In this document: piece after piece, positions 9,360 to 19,690 of the stretch
Layout: the number at the start of each line of letters is the position of its first letter
How positions within the stretch are numbered: the first letter of the stretch is position 1
NCBI GenBank assembly: GCA_963668675.2
Contig: CAXXMB010000001.1
Coordinates: 1,184,001-1,248,000, forward strand
DNA: 64,000 nt
Source: an uncultured Desulfatitalea sp.
GTDB lineage: Bacteria > Desulfobacterota > Desulfobacteria > Desulfobacterales > Desulfosarcinaceae
Direction: 5' to 3'
Notes under the pieces: generated by a model
Databases searched by the model: none
What the model was told of the DNA's origin: nothing
The model's input: the letters and a program-made list of their open reading frames with translations, nothing else
Translations under genes and position numbers: made by a program

Positions 9360-10011
9360 AATCGCCCGGTGTTGTGATTTTGATATTATCGATCTCTCCG
9401 GGAATCAGATGGACATCCCCGCCCATCCGCTCGACCAGGCTGGCGTCGTCCGTCGATAGCCAACCCGATTGCCGTGCCAATTCGTGGGCCTTTTTAATCG
9501 TGGCCAGGCGGAATGCCTGGGGCGTCTGGACAGTCCAAAGGTGCTCTCTGGGCAGCGTGGTCTCGACGATTCCGTCACGGTTGACCCGCTTCAGGGTGTC
9601 CGTAACTTCAAGAGCCGGGACGCATGCCCCCCAGCACTTAGCGCCGGCGATGCACGCTTCGATCATGTCGATGGTAACAAAGGGCCGCACGCCGTCGTGA
9701 ATCAGCACAATGGCCCCCTCTTCATCCTTAACTGCGTCAAGGCCGTTATATACGGAGTCCTGCCTGCGCCCCCCCCCCGAAACCAGCACAGGATCGCGCT
9801 TAAGACCGGCCGCAGCGACAACAGTCTCCCTGCAGAAGGTGATCTCTTTTTCGGGGACCACCAGCACAATGTCCGTGATTTTGGAGCATGCGTCGAACGC
9901 CATAAGCGCCGACGCGAGAATGGATCGGCCACCAACCGTCATGTACTGTTTGCGTTGGGTGCTGCCCATGCGCACCCCCCGTCCGGCAGCCACAATCAAA
10001 GCGGTAATCAT
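9307..10011 (-). CDS. ispD: 2-C-methyl-D-erythritol 4-phosphate cytidylyltransferase
   Basis: VAAGRGVRMG...KQY, GG.RRQDSV.NGL, IHDGVRPF, QTPQAF, TDDASLVE, NIKITTP. Confidence 0.95.
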   Translation of the reverse strand: MITALIVAAGRGVRMGSTQRKQYMTVGGRSILASALMAFDACSKITDIVLVVPEKEITFCRETVVAAAGLKRDPVLVSGGGRRQDSVYNGLDAVKDEEGAIVLIHDGVRPFVTIDMIEACIAGAKCWGACVPALEVTDTLKRVNRDGIVETTLPREHLWTVQTPQAFRLATIKKAHELARQSGWLSTDDASLVERMGGDVHLIPGEIDNIKITTPGDFKRAESVYRHCQGRDAG

Positions 10012-11330
10012 CTTAGGTATTTCAACTCTTTGGGAAGGGGAACCCCTTTTCCCATGGTATCCTCGCCGTAATTTGCCGACGCCAAAATTTCAATATCTTT
10101 CAAAGCTCTCACATCACCTTCGAAGACAACCCGGGTGATGTTCTCCTTCTGGATCTTTCCACCCGCCCACTGGATGTCCAGTACGCTGCTGGCATCAAAG
10201 CGATCCTCTCCGATCACGAGCTCAACCTGCCCACCATAGTACTGTACGATTTTGGCAACCAGAAGGCTTGGGCGGCTGTGGAATCCCAACTTCATGGGGA
10301 TGCCCACTTCGATCCTGCCCCGTTCAATATTCTGGTTCAATATTTCGCGGGCAACGTCCTTGCCAGTGCCGAGATAGTGACACGCATAAAAGAGTCCGTA
10401 GTTCACGGTGATGCCAAGCAGTTGATCACGGTCGACCAACGTGGACAGACGGTCCTGCACCTGTTTATATATATTCTTGTAGCCTTCATGGTGCAGATGG
10501 CGCTCATAGAAATGAAGCAACCGCCCCATCATCTGGAGCAGATGAAAAACAACCGAAAAGTAGCTGCGAAGCTGCTTGAGGCGACGATCTCCGAAACGAA
10601 ACCCACCATGGATGACATAGCTGTCGAAGGAGGACTGCAGGTTGTGAACGACCATCTCGAAACGGCGCACCTCAACCTCATTGACACTGGCCGGCACCAC
10701 GTTGTGAATCTCTTCATTGCTGTATGGTTCGTAGAAACCGAGCTGATCGAACTTCGAAGAGATACTTAAAAATTCACTGGCGATATTGACGATGTGCTTC
10801 TTCTGGACATCTTTGGCCTCGTCTTCGATGCTGTATGGAAGCATTTCGCTGGTGGTGGTGCCGGGGAAGTCTTCGGGGCCAAAAGAGGTCTTGGGTACGG
10901 GTATATCCAGACGGCGGGCCTCTCCGATAATGACCGGTGCCAGCTTCATCAGGGACGCATTCAAAAAATCCGACGCCTGTTGACCGGCAATGCGAAACTC
11001 TTCACTCTCGGGCAAATCGTAGAAAACGAGCCGATTGGCAATGTGTTTCTGGGAATAGGCACCAAGGCTCAAATGCCGTATGGCAGCGGCCAGCTCCCTA
11101 TAGAGATACCACTCTGCGCTGTTCTTCGCGCCGTGAAAATCCAGGAAGTCTTCCAGAACTTGCGATGTCGATACGAGTTCGGAGTAGAGTTTTTTCGTAA
11201 ACGCATGGGTCGGTTGCGATCCGTTGGAGAGATAGATGCAGCACTTCAAGTAGTCGTGCGAAAAAAGGCGCACCTTCTCGGCAAAGGAGATTTCACAATA
11301 GCTGTTGTCTTTCTGGGGAGAGGTTTCCAT
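10008..11330 (-). CDS. Large protein with a C-terminal HPr (PTS phosphocarrier) domain
   Basis: C-terminal GFHSRPSLLVAKIV (His15 motif) and DASSVLDI (Ser46 region); about 340-aa unassigned N-terminal region. Confidence 0.75.
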   Translation of the reverse strand: METSPQKDNSYCEISFAEKVRLFSHDYLKCCIYLSNGSQPTHAFTKKLYSELVSTSQVLEDFLDFHGAKNSAEWYLYRELAAAIRHLSLGAYSQKHIANRLVFYDLPESEEFRIAGQQASDFLNASLMKLAPVIIGEARRLDIPVPKTSFGPEDFPGTTTSEMLPYSIEDEAKDVQKKHIVNIASEFLSISSKFDQLGFYEPYSNEEIHNVVPASVNEVEVRRFEMVVHNLQSSFDSYVIHGGFRFGDRRLKQLRSYFSVVFHLLQMMGRLLHFYERHLHHEGYKNIYKQVQDRLSTLVDRDQLLGITVNYGLFYACHYLGTGKDVAREILNQNIERGRIEVGIPMKLGFHSRPSLLVAKIVQYYGGQVELVIGEDRFDASSVLDIQWAGGKIQKENITRVVFEGDVRALKDIEILASANYGEDTMGKGVPLPKELKYLR

Positions 11331-12520
11331 TACATCATGTCTTTTTGAGTCTCATTGATAATGTTGTCAATCTTCTGCCTCAAATTCGATGGCAGCCCCT
11401 CGATATCCACGTTTAAAAAGCCGCGAACGATCATGGATACTGCCTCATCTTCGTCCACGCCACGCGCCATCAAGTATTCGATATCTCCCCGGTCGATCTT
11501 GCCGACAGCGGCTTCGTGCGACATCTCCACGCCGGGCATGTAACCCCGCAGTTCCGGGATGGCATGCATCAACCCCTCTTTCAAGATCAGCCCCTTGCAC
11601 TCCAGGTGGGCTTTGATGCCGGGTACTTCGCCGACAAGTTCTCCCCTCGCCACAATCGTCCCTCCGGCCGCTATGGCGCGTGAAATGATCTCGGCCCTCG
11701 TTCCAGGCGCACTCAATATGACTCGGGAGCCCACATCCATGTGACACCCTTTGCTGGCGACCAGCACGCTGTTAAAACGGGCGACGGCACCCTCTCCGGC
11801 CAAGTGCGTGGTGGGATACATCTGCAGGGAACCCACCGGCTTGAGAGAGATGTAGTTGGAGACAAACTCCCCCCCCTCCTCGACATGCACGAATGTTCTG
11901 GGTCGTACATTGACCTGCTGCCCCCAATCGTGGATCATCGTGAAGTGAAGTTTGGCCCCCTTTTTGACGTAAAATTCGGATATGCCCACATGAAGCCCTG
12001 ACACCAGGTGGGGGGACGTGGCGCAACCCGTAATCACTTGCAGACTGGATCCCTCTTCAGCAATGACCACATTGTGAACATTCTGGGAAAACCCCTCTTT
12101 GGCAATGTAGAGACAGGATTGAACCGGTTTCTCTACCTGAAGTCCTGGGGCGCTGCGGATGAAATATCCTTCATGGGGGGTCGATTTGGCACTGCTTGTA
12201 AAATCATCTTTACCCGGGTCAATATGCCGCCACAGGTAATCTTTCAGCCATATATATTCTGATAATCCGCGGGAAATGGGCATCACCTCCACGCCCTGCT
12301 GATGGGCGTGTGAGTGGAGCACCGAGCTGTCCTTCTGAATAAAGGTTCCCACCCGGCCATTTTCTGCCGTATCGATACCCACATCGAGGAATTGCTCCGC
12401 ATCTTCCTTCCCGATGTCGGCCAGGTTCTCTATGTATTCATGGGCCTCGGCCTCTCTCTGATAGCGGCTGAGATCCACACTTTCCGTCTTGTTTTCTATG
12501 TTAGTATTTCCATCTGGCAT
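11330..12520 (-). CDS. sufB: SufB/SufD-family Fe-S scaffold (SmsB-like)
   Basis: PVQSCLY, QNVHN, ITGCA, HLECKGL, AIPEL, SHEAAVGKI, YLMARG; GAGGAG RBS before ATG at 12520. Confidence 0.88.
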   Translation of the reverse strand: MPDGNTNIENKTESVDLSRYQREAEAHEYIENLADIGKEDAEQFLDVGIDTAENGRVGTFIQKDSSVLHSHAHQQGVEVMPISRGLSEYIWLKDYLWRHIDPGKDDFTSSAKSTPHEGYFIRSAPGLQVEKPVQSCLYIAKEGFSQNVHNVVIAEEGSSLQVITGCATSPHLVSGLHVGISEFYVKKGAKLHFTMIHDWGQQVNVRPRTFVHVEEGGEFVSNYISLKPVGSLQMYPTTHLAGEGAVARFNSVLVASKGCHMDVGSRVILSAPGTRAEIISRAIAAGGTIVARGELVGEVPGIKAHLECKGLILKEGLMHAIPELRGYMPGVEMSHEAAVGKIDRGDIEYLMARGVDEDEAVSMIVRGFLNVDIEGLPSNLRQKIDNIINETQKDMM

Positions 12521-13272
12521 CGAACGCACTCCTCGTAACCGAATTCACCAATCCATTTGAGAATTTCCCGGGCATTTCGTGAACAACAGAGGTGGCCGTT
12601 ATAAAGGACCTGCCCTTTGTCGGCGGTAATATAATCCAGTATGTGACCGGTATGGGTAATGATCAAGGCTGATTTGCTGCTATCAGCGATAATTTCACGA
12701 TGAGACTTGCCCTTGGCATATGTCACACCTCGATGCAAAAGAGAGTTGATGGCCTCGCCGATGAGGGCCATGTTCTCTATGTCGACGCCCGACTCGGGTT
12801 CATCGAGAAGGATCAGGTCCGGATCCTGTGCTTTCAACTGCAACAGTTCGCTTCGTTTGATCTCCCCTCCTGAAAACTTGTGGTTGACATCGCGATCCAG
12901 AAAAGCGGAAAAATTGACCTCGGCTGCCAACCGTTCCACTTCAGCGGCCTTGCCGCGCTGCTTGGCACACACCTCGACCAGATCCCTGGTTTTCAATCCA
13001 TTAATGGTGGGCGGACGTTGGACGGAGACCCCAAGCCCCATACGCGCCCTCTCGTCGATGGGCATGTAGGTGATATCCTCCCCTTTGAACGTAATTCTGC
13101 CACGGGTCACCTTGTATCCGGAAAACCCCATGATGGTCATCATGAGGCTCGTTTTCCCCGATCCATTGGGTCCGAACAGAAGATGAGTCTCACCCTGGGG
13201 TATCTCCATGTTCACGTTGTTGAGTATCGTCCTGCCCCCGACTTCGACCTGGAGCTCCTCTATCACCAACAT
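12496..13272 (-). CDS. sufC: SufC-type ABC ATPase (SmsC-like)
   Basis: GPNGSGKT, FSGGEIKRSE, LLDEPESGVD, IITH; C-terminal CC...GYEECVRC. Confidence 0.9.
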   Translation of the reverse strand: MLVIEELQVEVGGRTILNNVNMEIPQGETHLLFGPNGSGKTSLMMTIMGFSGYKVTRGRITFKGEDITYMPIDERARMGLGVSVQRPPTINGLKTRDLVEVCAKQRGKAAEVERLAAEVNFSAFLDRDVNHKFSGGEIKRSELLQLKAQDPDLILLDEPESGVDIENMALIGEAINSLLHRGVTYAKGKSHREIIADSSKSALIITHTGHILDYITADKGQVLYNGHLCCSRNAREILKWIGEFGYEECVRCQMEILT

Positions 13273-13407
13273 CTCATCACCTCTTTTGGGACGTACGCTG
13301 TTTCAGGCGGCCCGGCCGTTTTTCACCAGGACGCATCGTTAGTTTCACCCGGCCACAGCATTCTTGTGACCGCGCGCGGGTTGACCCTGCTCTAAAAGAA
13401 AGGAGTG

Positions 13408-13787
<380 letters not shown>

Positions 13788-13817
13788 TCACCTTAACTCC
13801 TTTTCATATCATCGGGA

Positions 13818-14576
13818 TCATATGTCATCGATCATTGCCTGCGGATACATCAACCGCTGGCATGCGGGGCACATCTGCACGTTGTTCATCCGCATTAATT
13901 CAATGTATGCCTGTGGCGGCAAATTCATTCGACACACCTGGCACACACCGTCCACGATAGCTGTGACGGCGACACCATTTCCCTGATGCCTGGCCCGTTC
14001 ATACGTTTTTTGCATCTTTGCGTCCAGCTGCCCCCATACCGAATCGCGTTTCCGGTTGAGCTCCTCGAGCTTGCCGCGATGCTCTTCGGCCTGCTTCCGA
14101 ATGGTGGCCTGCTGCTCTTCTATTTCGCCTTGCATGTCGATCAGATCATCTTTCAGGATAGCAACCTGCTTTTCAGCCTCTTCGATATTGTCCAGAACCG
14201 TCAGCATCTGGTCCTCTGTGGCCGATGCTTTCTGCTTGAACTCTTCGATTTCCTTAAGAGTGCTCTGGTACTCCTTGTTGGTTTTTACCGCATGCAACTT
14301 CCCCTCACCCTTGACGATGGCCGATTCGATCGATTTGAGATCCGACTCATCCTGGCGGTAGCGCTTCTTTAGCGCATCAAGATTACCCATCCCTTCGTTC
14401 ACCTGCGCTTCGAAAGTACCAAGTTGCTCACTCAGCGCGTTTATACTCGCCTCAACCCCCGATAGGGATTCATCGATTGAGGCACGTTCTCCGTCTATCC
14501 GCTGCAAAGCTGCCAGTGTACTCAGACTCTCCTTTATGCTTGTGCTCATCTTCTTGTCACTTTCGCTGAGGCGCAT
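13818..14576 (-). CDS. Coiled-coil protein with C-terminal C4 zinc ribbon (CT398/DUF164 family); start may be 14549
   Basis: Long heptad coiled coil, KTNKEY, C-terminal CQVCRMNLPPQ...CPACQRLM; lies next to nif3. Confidence 0.85.
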   Translation of the reverse strand: MRLSESDKKMSTSIKESLSTLAALQRIDGERASIDESLSGVEASINALSEQLGTFEAQVNEGMGNLDALKKRYRQDESDLKSIESAIVKGEGKLHAVKTNKEYQSTLKEIEEFKQKASATEDQMLTVLDNIEEAEKQVAILKDDLIDMQGEIEEQQATIRKQAEEHRGKLEELNRKRDSVWGQLDAKMQKTYERARHQGNGVAVTAIVDGVCQVCRMNLPPQAYIELMRMNNVQMCPACQRLMYPQAMIDDI

Positions 14577-14599
14577 GGAACCGATTCACATGGTAACGC

Positions 14600-15445
14600 C
14601 TATAATATCAATTTAAAGGGGTCATTTTCAATACGGCACGGTTCGATGTCGACTGTCCATCCCTTCCCATGGGCATGTTGGCGCAGCTGTTCGACCAACT
14701 TATCGATGAAAATTCGTTCCGAAGCAAAATGGCCCACATCGATCAACGCCCGGCCATGGTCCTCTACGCGTCTGGCGTCATGATAGCGCAGATCACCTGT
14801 CAAATACACATCGGCGTCGCTGGACAAAAATGCATCGAGCAGACTCGATCCTGCCCCCGAGCATACAGCGACCCGTTGCACCGACATCTGCGGATCCCCC
14901 ACGATCTTCACAGCCGTCAAATCGAACCGACGCTTCACCCGTTGGGCCAGTACTTCCAATGACATCTGCGTCTCCAGCCGCCCAAGACGCCCCATACCGG
15001 CGGTTATGTCGCTGCCGGCCTGATCGGTTCTATGACCGGCAGGGACCATCGGTACCAACTCACCGAGACCGATCATGTCGGCAAACATCTTGTTCAGCCC
15101 ACCGGCGGCGCTATCCAGATTGGTGTGCGCCGAATAGATCGCCATACGGGACGCCAGGGCTGTCTCGATCACCCTGCCAACAGCGGTCTCCACATCCACT
15201 GTTCGCAGCGCGCTGAACAGCAATGGGTGGTGGGTGATGAGCATGTCAACCCGTTGCGCTGCGGCAGCCTGGACCACCTCCAAAAGAGGATCCAAGGCGA
15301 CCCAGACCTTTCCGACCAGCCACTTGCGAGAACCCACCTGCAGGCCACAGTTATCCCAATCTTCCGCCAATATCGGCGGAGCCAGCCCTTCGATCACGCC
15401 TATGAGATCCGCAACATTGAGATTGTTGATGGGTTTTGTGCTCAC
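14600..15445 (-). CDS. Nif3-like dinuclear metal centre hexameric protein (YbgI family)
   Basis: AEDWDNCGLQVG, ITHHPL, SAHTNLD, VAVCSGAG, TGDLRYH, DVGHFASE. Confidence 0.93.
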   Translation of the reverse strand: MSTKPINNLNVADLIGVIEGLAPPILAEDWDNCGLQVGSRKWLVGKVWVALDPLLEVVQAAAAQRVDMLITHHPLLFSALRTVDVETAVGRVIETALASRMAIYSAHTNLDSAAGGLNKMFADMIGLGELVPMVPAGHRTDQAGSDITAGMGRLGRLETQMSLEVLAQRVKRRFDLTAVKIVGDPQMSVQRVAVCSGAGSSLLDAFLSSDADVYLTGDLRYHDARRVEDHGRALIDVGHFASERIFIDKLVEQLRQHAHGKGWTVDIEPCRIENDPFKLIL

Positions 15446-15656
15446 GCTCTTTTTCCTTTTTTGGCTTTGGCTCTATATCATTTTGCACCTCTATTGCAAT
15501 GACATATTGATACAGACCTGCCTGTTCGTTTACGAGAACTCTCTGGCCGCGCGATAAGAGGGGAAATCTTAGAAAGCCGATGCATTGGGTAACCGAGACT
15601 GGCTAGCAACCGGCAGGTGTTTGAATTGGGACGATGGACACTTAAACGGAGAAAAG

Positions 15657-15729
15657 TGGGCCCACCTGGGATCGAACCAGGGACCGACCGGTTATGAGCC
15701 GGTGGCTCTGCCAACTGAGCTATGGGCCC
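15657..15729 (-). tRNA. tRNA-Ile2 (anticodon CAT, lysidine-modified); CCA not encoded
   Basis: GGGCCCATAGCTCAGTTGGCAGAGCCACCGGCTCATAACCGGTCGGTCCCTGGTTCGATCCCAGGTGGGCCCA folds into a cloverleaf; C4:G69/C5:G68 and the position after rpoD favour Ile2 over Met. Confidence 0.92.
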
Positions 15730-15746
15730 GTCTTGAATGCAGGCAT

Positions 15747-15775
15747 CTATTATCGACCGCTTACGGGTTTGTCAA
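15747..15775 (-). promoter_or_regulatory. Sigma70 promoter of the tRNA
   Basis: TTGACA-N17-TAATAG immediately upstream of the tRNA 5' end. Confidence 0.65.
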
Positions 15776-15790
15776 GCATAACCACTCAAT

Positions 15791-17680
15791 CTAATTCTCA
15801 ATAAAGCTCTTCAACTTGCGGCTGCGCGTCGGGTGCCGGAGCTTGCGCAGCGCTTTGGCTTCGATCTGTCGTATACGCTCTCGGGTCACGGTAAAATCCT
15901 GCCCGACCTCCTCCAAGGTGTGGTCTGCTTTTTCACCGATACCGAAACGCATCCGCAACACCTTCTCCTCCCTGGGGGTGAGAGTCGCCAGCACTTTGCG
16001 GGTCTGCTCGGCAAGGTTGAGGCTCACCGCGGCATCAGATGGCAGCATGAACTTTTTATCTTCAATAAAATCACCTAAATGACTATCCTCTTCCTCACCG
16101 ATAGGCGTCTCCAAAGAGATAGGTTCACGGGCGATTTTCAGCACCTTTCGCACCTTATCCAGAGGTATTTCCATCTTCTCGGCGATCTCTTCGGGCCGCG
16201 GCTCGCGCCCCATCTCCTGAACCAGATAACGAGAGGTTCGTATCAACTTATTAATGGTTTCAATCATGTGAACCGGTATCCGGATCGTGCGGGCCTGGTC
16301 TGCTATGGCCCGAGTAATGGCCTGTCGGATCCACCAGGTGGCATAGGTGCTGAATTTATACCCCCGCCGGTACTCGAATTTGTCCACCGCTTTCATCAGG
16401 CCGATATTACCCTCCTGAATCAAATCGAGGAATTGTAGCCCCCTGTTTGTATACTTTTTGGCAATACTGACCACCAGACGCAGGTTGGCTTTGATCAGTT
16501 CGCTCTTGGCCAACTTGGCCCTTGCACGCCCCTCGTCCACATTGGAAAGGATTCGCTTGAGAATACGGCTGTTGGCCTTTATTTCATTTTCACGTGTTAA
16601 AATCTGCGTGTGTATATCGCTCACATTCCCGTAGATCGCCTCCAGTTCTTTGCGCATAAGATCGCACTGTTTGCTGGCCATTTTAACAAAACGGGATTTG
16701 GCTGTGAGGTTCTCGCGGAAGGTCGCCACCGGTATGTTCAATGCCTCGGCACTCCCTGTAATGACCCTGTTCATGGCATCGAACCAGTGGATCAGATTGC
16801 GGATATCCTCCTCCATCTGATCGATGACGCTTCCCTCGAGACGCCACTCTTTGAGCATATCGAATATCTTTTGATTGCGCCTGGATATGCATCGCCGGAT
16901 CCGACGCTGCTCTTCCGATTTGAGTTTGCTACTGCTGTCGAACAACTTCTCCCGGAAGCCCATGTTTTCATCATGAATCTCGGAGATGCCATTAACCGTC
17001 TTCATGAAGGACTCAATCTGCATGAACTCATCCTGGTATGTATCGCCCTCATCCACATCTCGCAGCACATGCTTGGGCCGCAACAGCAAATTCTCGATGC
17101 GACGCCCCAGATCGAGAATAAAATCAACACCAATCGTGGTTTCCAAGAGCGCCTTCAGGACATCCTGCTCCCCGGCCTCTATCTTTTTAGCGATCTCGAC
17201 CTCTCCCTCACGGCTGAGGAGCGTAACCAGCCCCATCTCGCGCAAGTACATCTTGACCGGATCGGTCACCGATCCGTAATCGGGCATTGCCGACTCAGAC
17301 GCTTTCGTCGCCGTTACCGCCTTTTTGGCTTTTGCTTTGGTGATATTCTTATTGTTCCCGTCAATGATATCGATGCCCAGGTCGTCGAACATCAGTAACG
17401 TTTCATCCATCTGTTCCCCGGCAAGCATCTCATCGGGGAGGGCAGTGTTGATCTCATCATAGGTAAGGAACCCTTGCTTTTTACCCTGGGCAATCAGTGC
17501 CTTCATGGCCTTTTCAGTGATGCCTTTTGAGCTTTTAGTCCCTTTTCCCGTCACTTTCTTCGACTGTTTTTTGGCCGTTGCGCTTTTGGTCTTTTTCCCT
17601 TTTTTGGCCGAACTTCGACGGGTCACACCCTTGCCGGCAGCATTACTGGTATCGGTTTCTTGCTTGGTTTTTTTCGCCAT
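15791..17680 (-). CDS. rpoD: RNA polymerase primary sigma factor
   Basis: Region 1.1 [80 protein letters not shown] before 17680. Confidence 0.98.
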   Translation of the reverse strand: MAKKTKQETDTSNAAGKGVTRRSSAKKGKKTKSATAKKQSKKVTGKGTKSSKGITEKAMKALIAQGKKQGFLTYDEINTALPDEMLAGEQMDETLLMFDDLGIDIIDGNNKNITKAKAKKAVTATKASESAMPDYGSVTDPVKMYLREMGLVTLLSREGEVEIAKKIEAGEQDVLKALLETTIGVDFILDLGRRIENLLLRPKHVLRDVDEGDTYQDEFMQIESFMKTVNGISEIHDENMGFREKLFDSSSKLKSEEQRRIRRCISRRNQKIFDMLKEWRLEGSVIDQMEEDIRNLIHWFDAMNRVITGSAEALNIPVATFRENLTAKSRFVKMASKQCDLMRKELEAIYGNVSDIHTQILTRENEIKANSRILKRILSNVDEGRARAKLAKSELIKANLRLVVSIAKKYTNRGLQFLDLIQEGNIGLMKAVDKFEYRRGYKFSTYATWWIRQAITRAIADQARTIRIPVHMIETINKLIRTSRYLVQEMGREPRPEEIAEKMEIPLDKVRKVLKIAREPISLETPIGEEEDSHLGDFIEDKKFMLPSDAAVSLNLAEQTRKVLATLTPREEKVLRMRFGIGEKADHTLEEVGQDFTVTRERIRQIEAKALRKLRHPTRSRKLKSFIEN

Positions 17681-17707
17681 TGAAATGAGCCTCCTGCACA
17701 CTGCTAG

Positions 17708-19489
17708 CTAATTGATCAATCCCTTTGCCGCCTGTTGCTGCTTCAGTCTCAACAATTTGGAAAGCAGAACCATATCGTTGTTTTGTTCAGCACTCTCTAT
17801 TTGACGCTGCAAATCCTGCCGGATACGGCGCTTGTTGCGGGCTTCGAATTGTGTGAGCACGCGCTCACACCCTTGCCGGTCCCAATGGCATTCTGTGATG
17901 GCCAGTTGAGCCACCAGATTGCGGTATTGGGGATCCTCGATGACAGAGACCAGATCGGCGGTACGCTCCTGCACGGCATCGGCCCCCTCTGCAATCATGT
18001 GGGCAATATGTTTCAGTTTTTGGTCCTCAAAACAGTCCAACAGATTCCTGCCGACGATTTCCGGGATCATCAGTGGATAACAGAGCATCATACCCACAAT
18101 CTGAAGTTCCAGGCGCCTCTCCTCGGCAATGAGGTTGTTCTGAGGCGCACGCTTTATCGATCGCCCCTGGCTGTTCAGCCCCCCCGACACCTGCCGTATC
18201 TTCTCCAATATCGCAGACTCATCGATATCGAGCCGCTCGGACAACTGTTTTATATGCAGAGCCCGCACAACGCCATCTTGTATCGATGCCATTACCTCCT
18301 GGACATCATTGATTACCTTTATCTTCCCTTCCAGGGAAAGTCCGTGTTTGTTGATGGCCGCCTCTACAATGAATGGCACCATGCCCAAAGCGTTATCGGC
18401 ACATTTCAGGAAATCATCAGGTCCATACTCTCTGAGGAACGTATCCGGATCATAACCCTTCGGTAAAACCAGAACACGTGCGCTTAGAAAACCCTTATCG
18501 AAAATGGGGACACTGCGTTGCGCCGCCTTTATGCCTGCCTCGTCCGAATCAAAAACGAGATAGACACTGCCGTCCTGCCCAACCATGCCACGAAGCAGCT
18601 GTACGTGTTCGGGCGTCAACGCTGTACCCAGAGTGGCAACAGTGTTTTCAAGGCCATAGAGATGCATTGCCAGGACATCGAAATAGCCCTCGACCACGTA
18701 AACCTTGCCGGCGGCACGTGCTGCCTGATTGGCCTTGTGAATTCCGTACAGGCCCCTTCTCTTGTTATAGATCGGTGTTTCGGGCGAATTGAGATATTTG
18801 GGCTTATCGTCTCCCATCACCCGTCCGCCGAATCCCAGAACCTGTTGATTCAGATTCATAATCGGGAAAAGGACGCGATCTCTAAATCGATCGTAGTGGC
18901 CGTTACCGTCTTTTCTCGGGATAACCAGACCAGCCTTCTCCACCAATCCTACGGGCACCTTTTTGTCTTTGAGATAACCGAGCAGGCCGTCCCACCGTTG
19001 CGGTGCATAACCCAGCTGGTGGCCGTCGATTATCTTGCGTGTCATCCCCCTTCCCAACAGGTAGCCCATCGCCTTTGCACCGGTCTGCGCATCATTGAGA
19101 TTCTCATGAAAGAAGCGCATGGCCAATTCGTTTATGCGATAGAGCTTATTTTTTTCGCTCGCCTGCTCCTTCTGTGCCGGAGTAAGATGGTAATCCGGCA
19201 CCTCAATGCCATATTTTGCGGCCACCGCCCTTAAGGCATCCGGGAAAGAGAGCCCCTCTCTTTGCATCAGAAAGCTGAAAATATTCCCGCCTGTATGGCA
19301 ACCAAAACAGTAAAAGATCTGTTTCTCTTGGCTTACCGTAAAGGAGGGAGTTTTCTCGGCGTGAAACGGGCACAACCCCAGATGGTTACGGCCTGCCTTC
19401 TTAAGTACAACATACTCCGAGATGACATCGACGATATTGGCAGTATGCTTAATTCTCTGGATCGTGTCGTCTGGAATAGAACGTACCAA
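17708..19489 (-). CDS. dnaG: DNA primase
   Basis: Zn finger CPFHAEKTPSF...CFGC, DRFRDR, KYLNSPET, VEGYFDV, TOPRIM DSDEAG, DPD. Confidence 0.97.
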   Translation of the reverse strand: MVRSIPDDTIQRIKHTANIVDVISEYVVLKKAGRNHLGLCPFHAEKTPSFTVSQEKQIFYCFGCHTGGNIFSFLMQREGLSFPDALRAVAAKYGIEVPDYHLTPAQKEQASEKNKLYRINELAMRFFHENLNDAQTGAKAMGYLLGRGMTRKIIDGHQLGYAPQRWDGLLGYLKDKKVPVGLVEKAGLVIPRKDGNGHYDRFRDRVLFPIMNLNQQVLGFGGRVMGDDKPKYLNSPETPIYNKRRGLYGIHKANQAARAAGKVYVVEGYFDVLAMHLYGLENTVATLGTALTPEHVQLLRGMVGQDGSVYLVFDSDEAGIKAAQRSVPIFDKGFLSARVLVLPKGYDPDTFLREYGPDDFLKCADNALGMVPFIVEAAINKHGLSLEGKIKVINDVQEVMASIQDGVVRALHIKQLSERLDIDESAILEKIRQVSGGLNSQGRSIKRAPQNNLIAEERRLELQIVGMMLCYPLMIPEIVGRNLLDCFEDQKLKHIAHMIAEGADAVQERTADLVSVIEDPQYRNLVAQLAITECHWDRQGCERVLTQFEARNKRRIRQDLQRQIESAEQNNDMVLLSKLLRLKQQQAAKGLIN

Positions 19490-19661
19490 AAACAGCGCCC
19501 TCCATTCTGACAGACTGGGTTGAAGCCTTCTTTCAGGGCAGGAGCATCAATCGATGCTGATCACGGACACCGATTCGCGGGTCCGCGAGAGGACCTATTT
19601 CCATTTTCTTCACGGTATATGGTGACCATCTATCCGCAACGCCTCGCGATTAAAATTTGCG

Positions 19662-19690
19662 ACAATATCTAATGGCAGCACAACTGTCAA
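19662..19690 (-). promoter_or_regulatory. Sigma70 promoter of dnaG-rpoD
   Basis: TTGACA-N17-TATTGT on the minus strand, about 170 nt upstream of dnaG. Confidence 0.6.

Noticed and set aside
9769..9778. G10 homopolymer in ispD as a phase-variation tract
   Set aside because: It is in frame, encodes the conserved Gly-rich GG.RQ motif, and lies in a probably essential gene.
15657..15729. tRNA as an integration site for a genomic island
   Set aside because: No integrase and no duplicated tRNA 3' end was seen; flanking genes are housekeeping.
15478..15794. ORFs 15478-15714 and 15585-15794
   Set aside because: They overlap the tRNA gene and are spurious translations.
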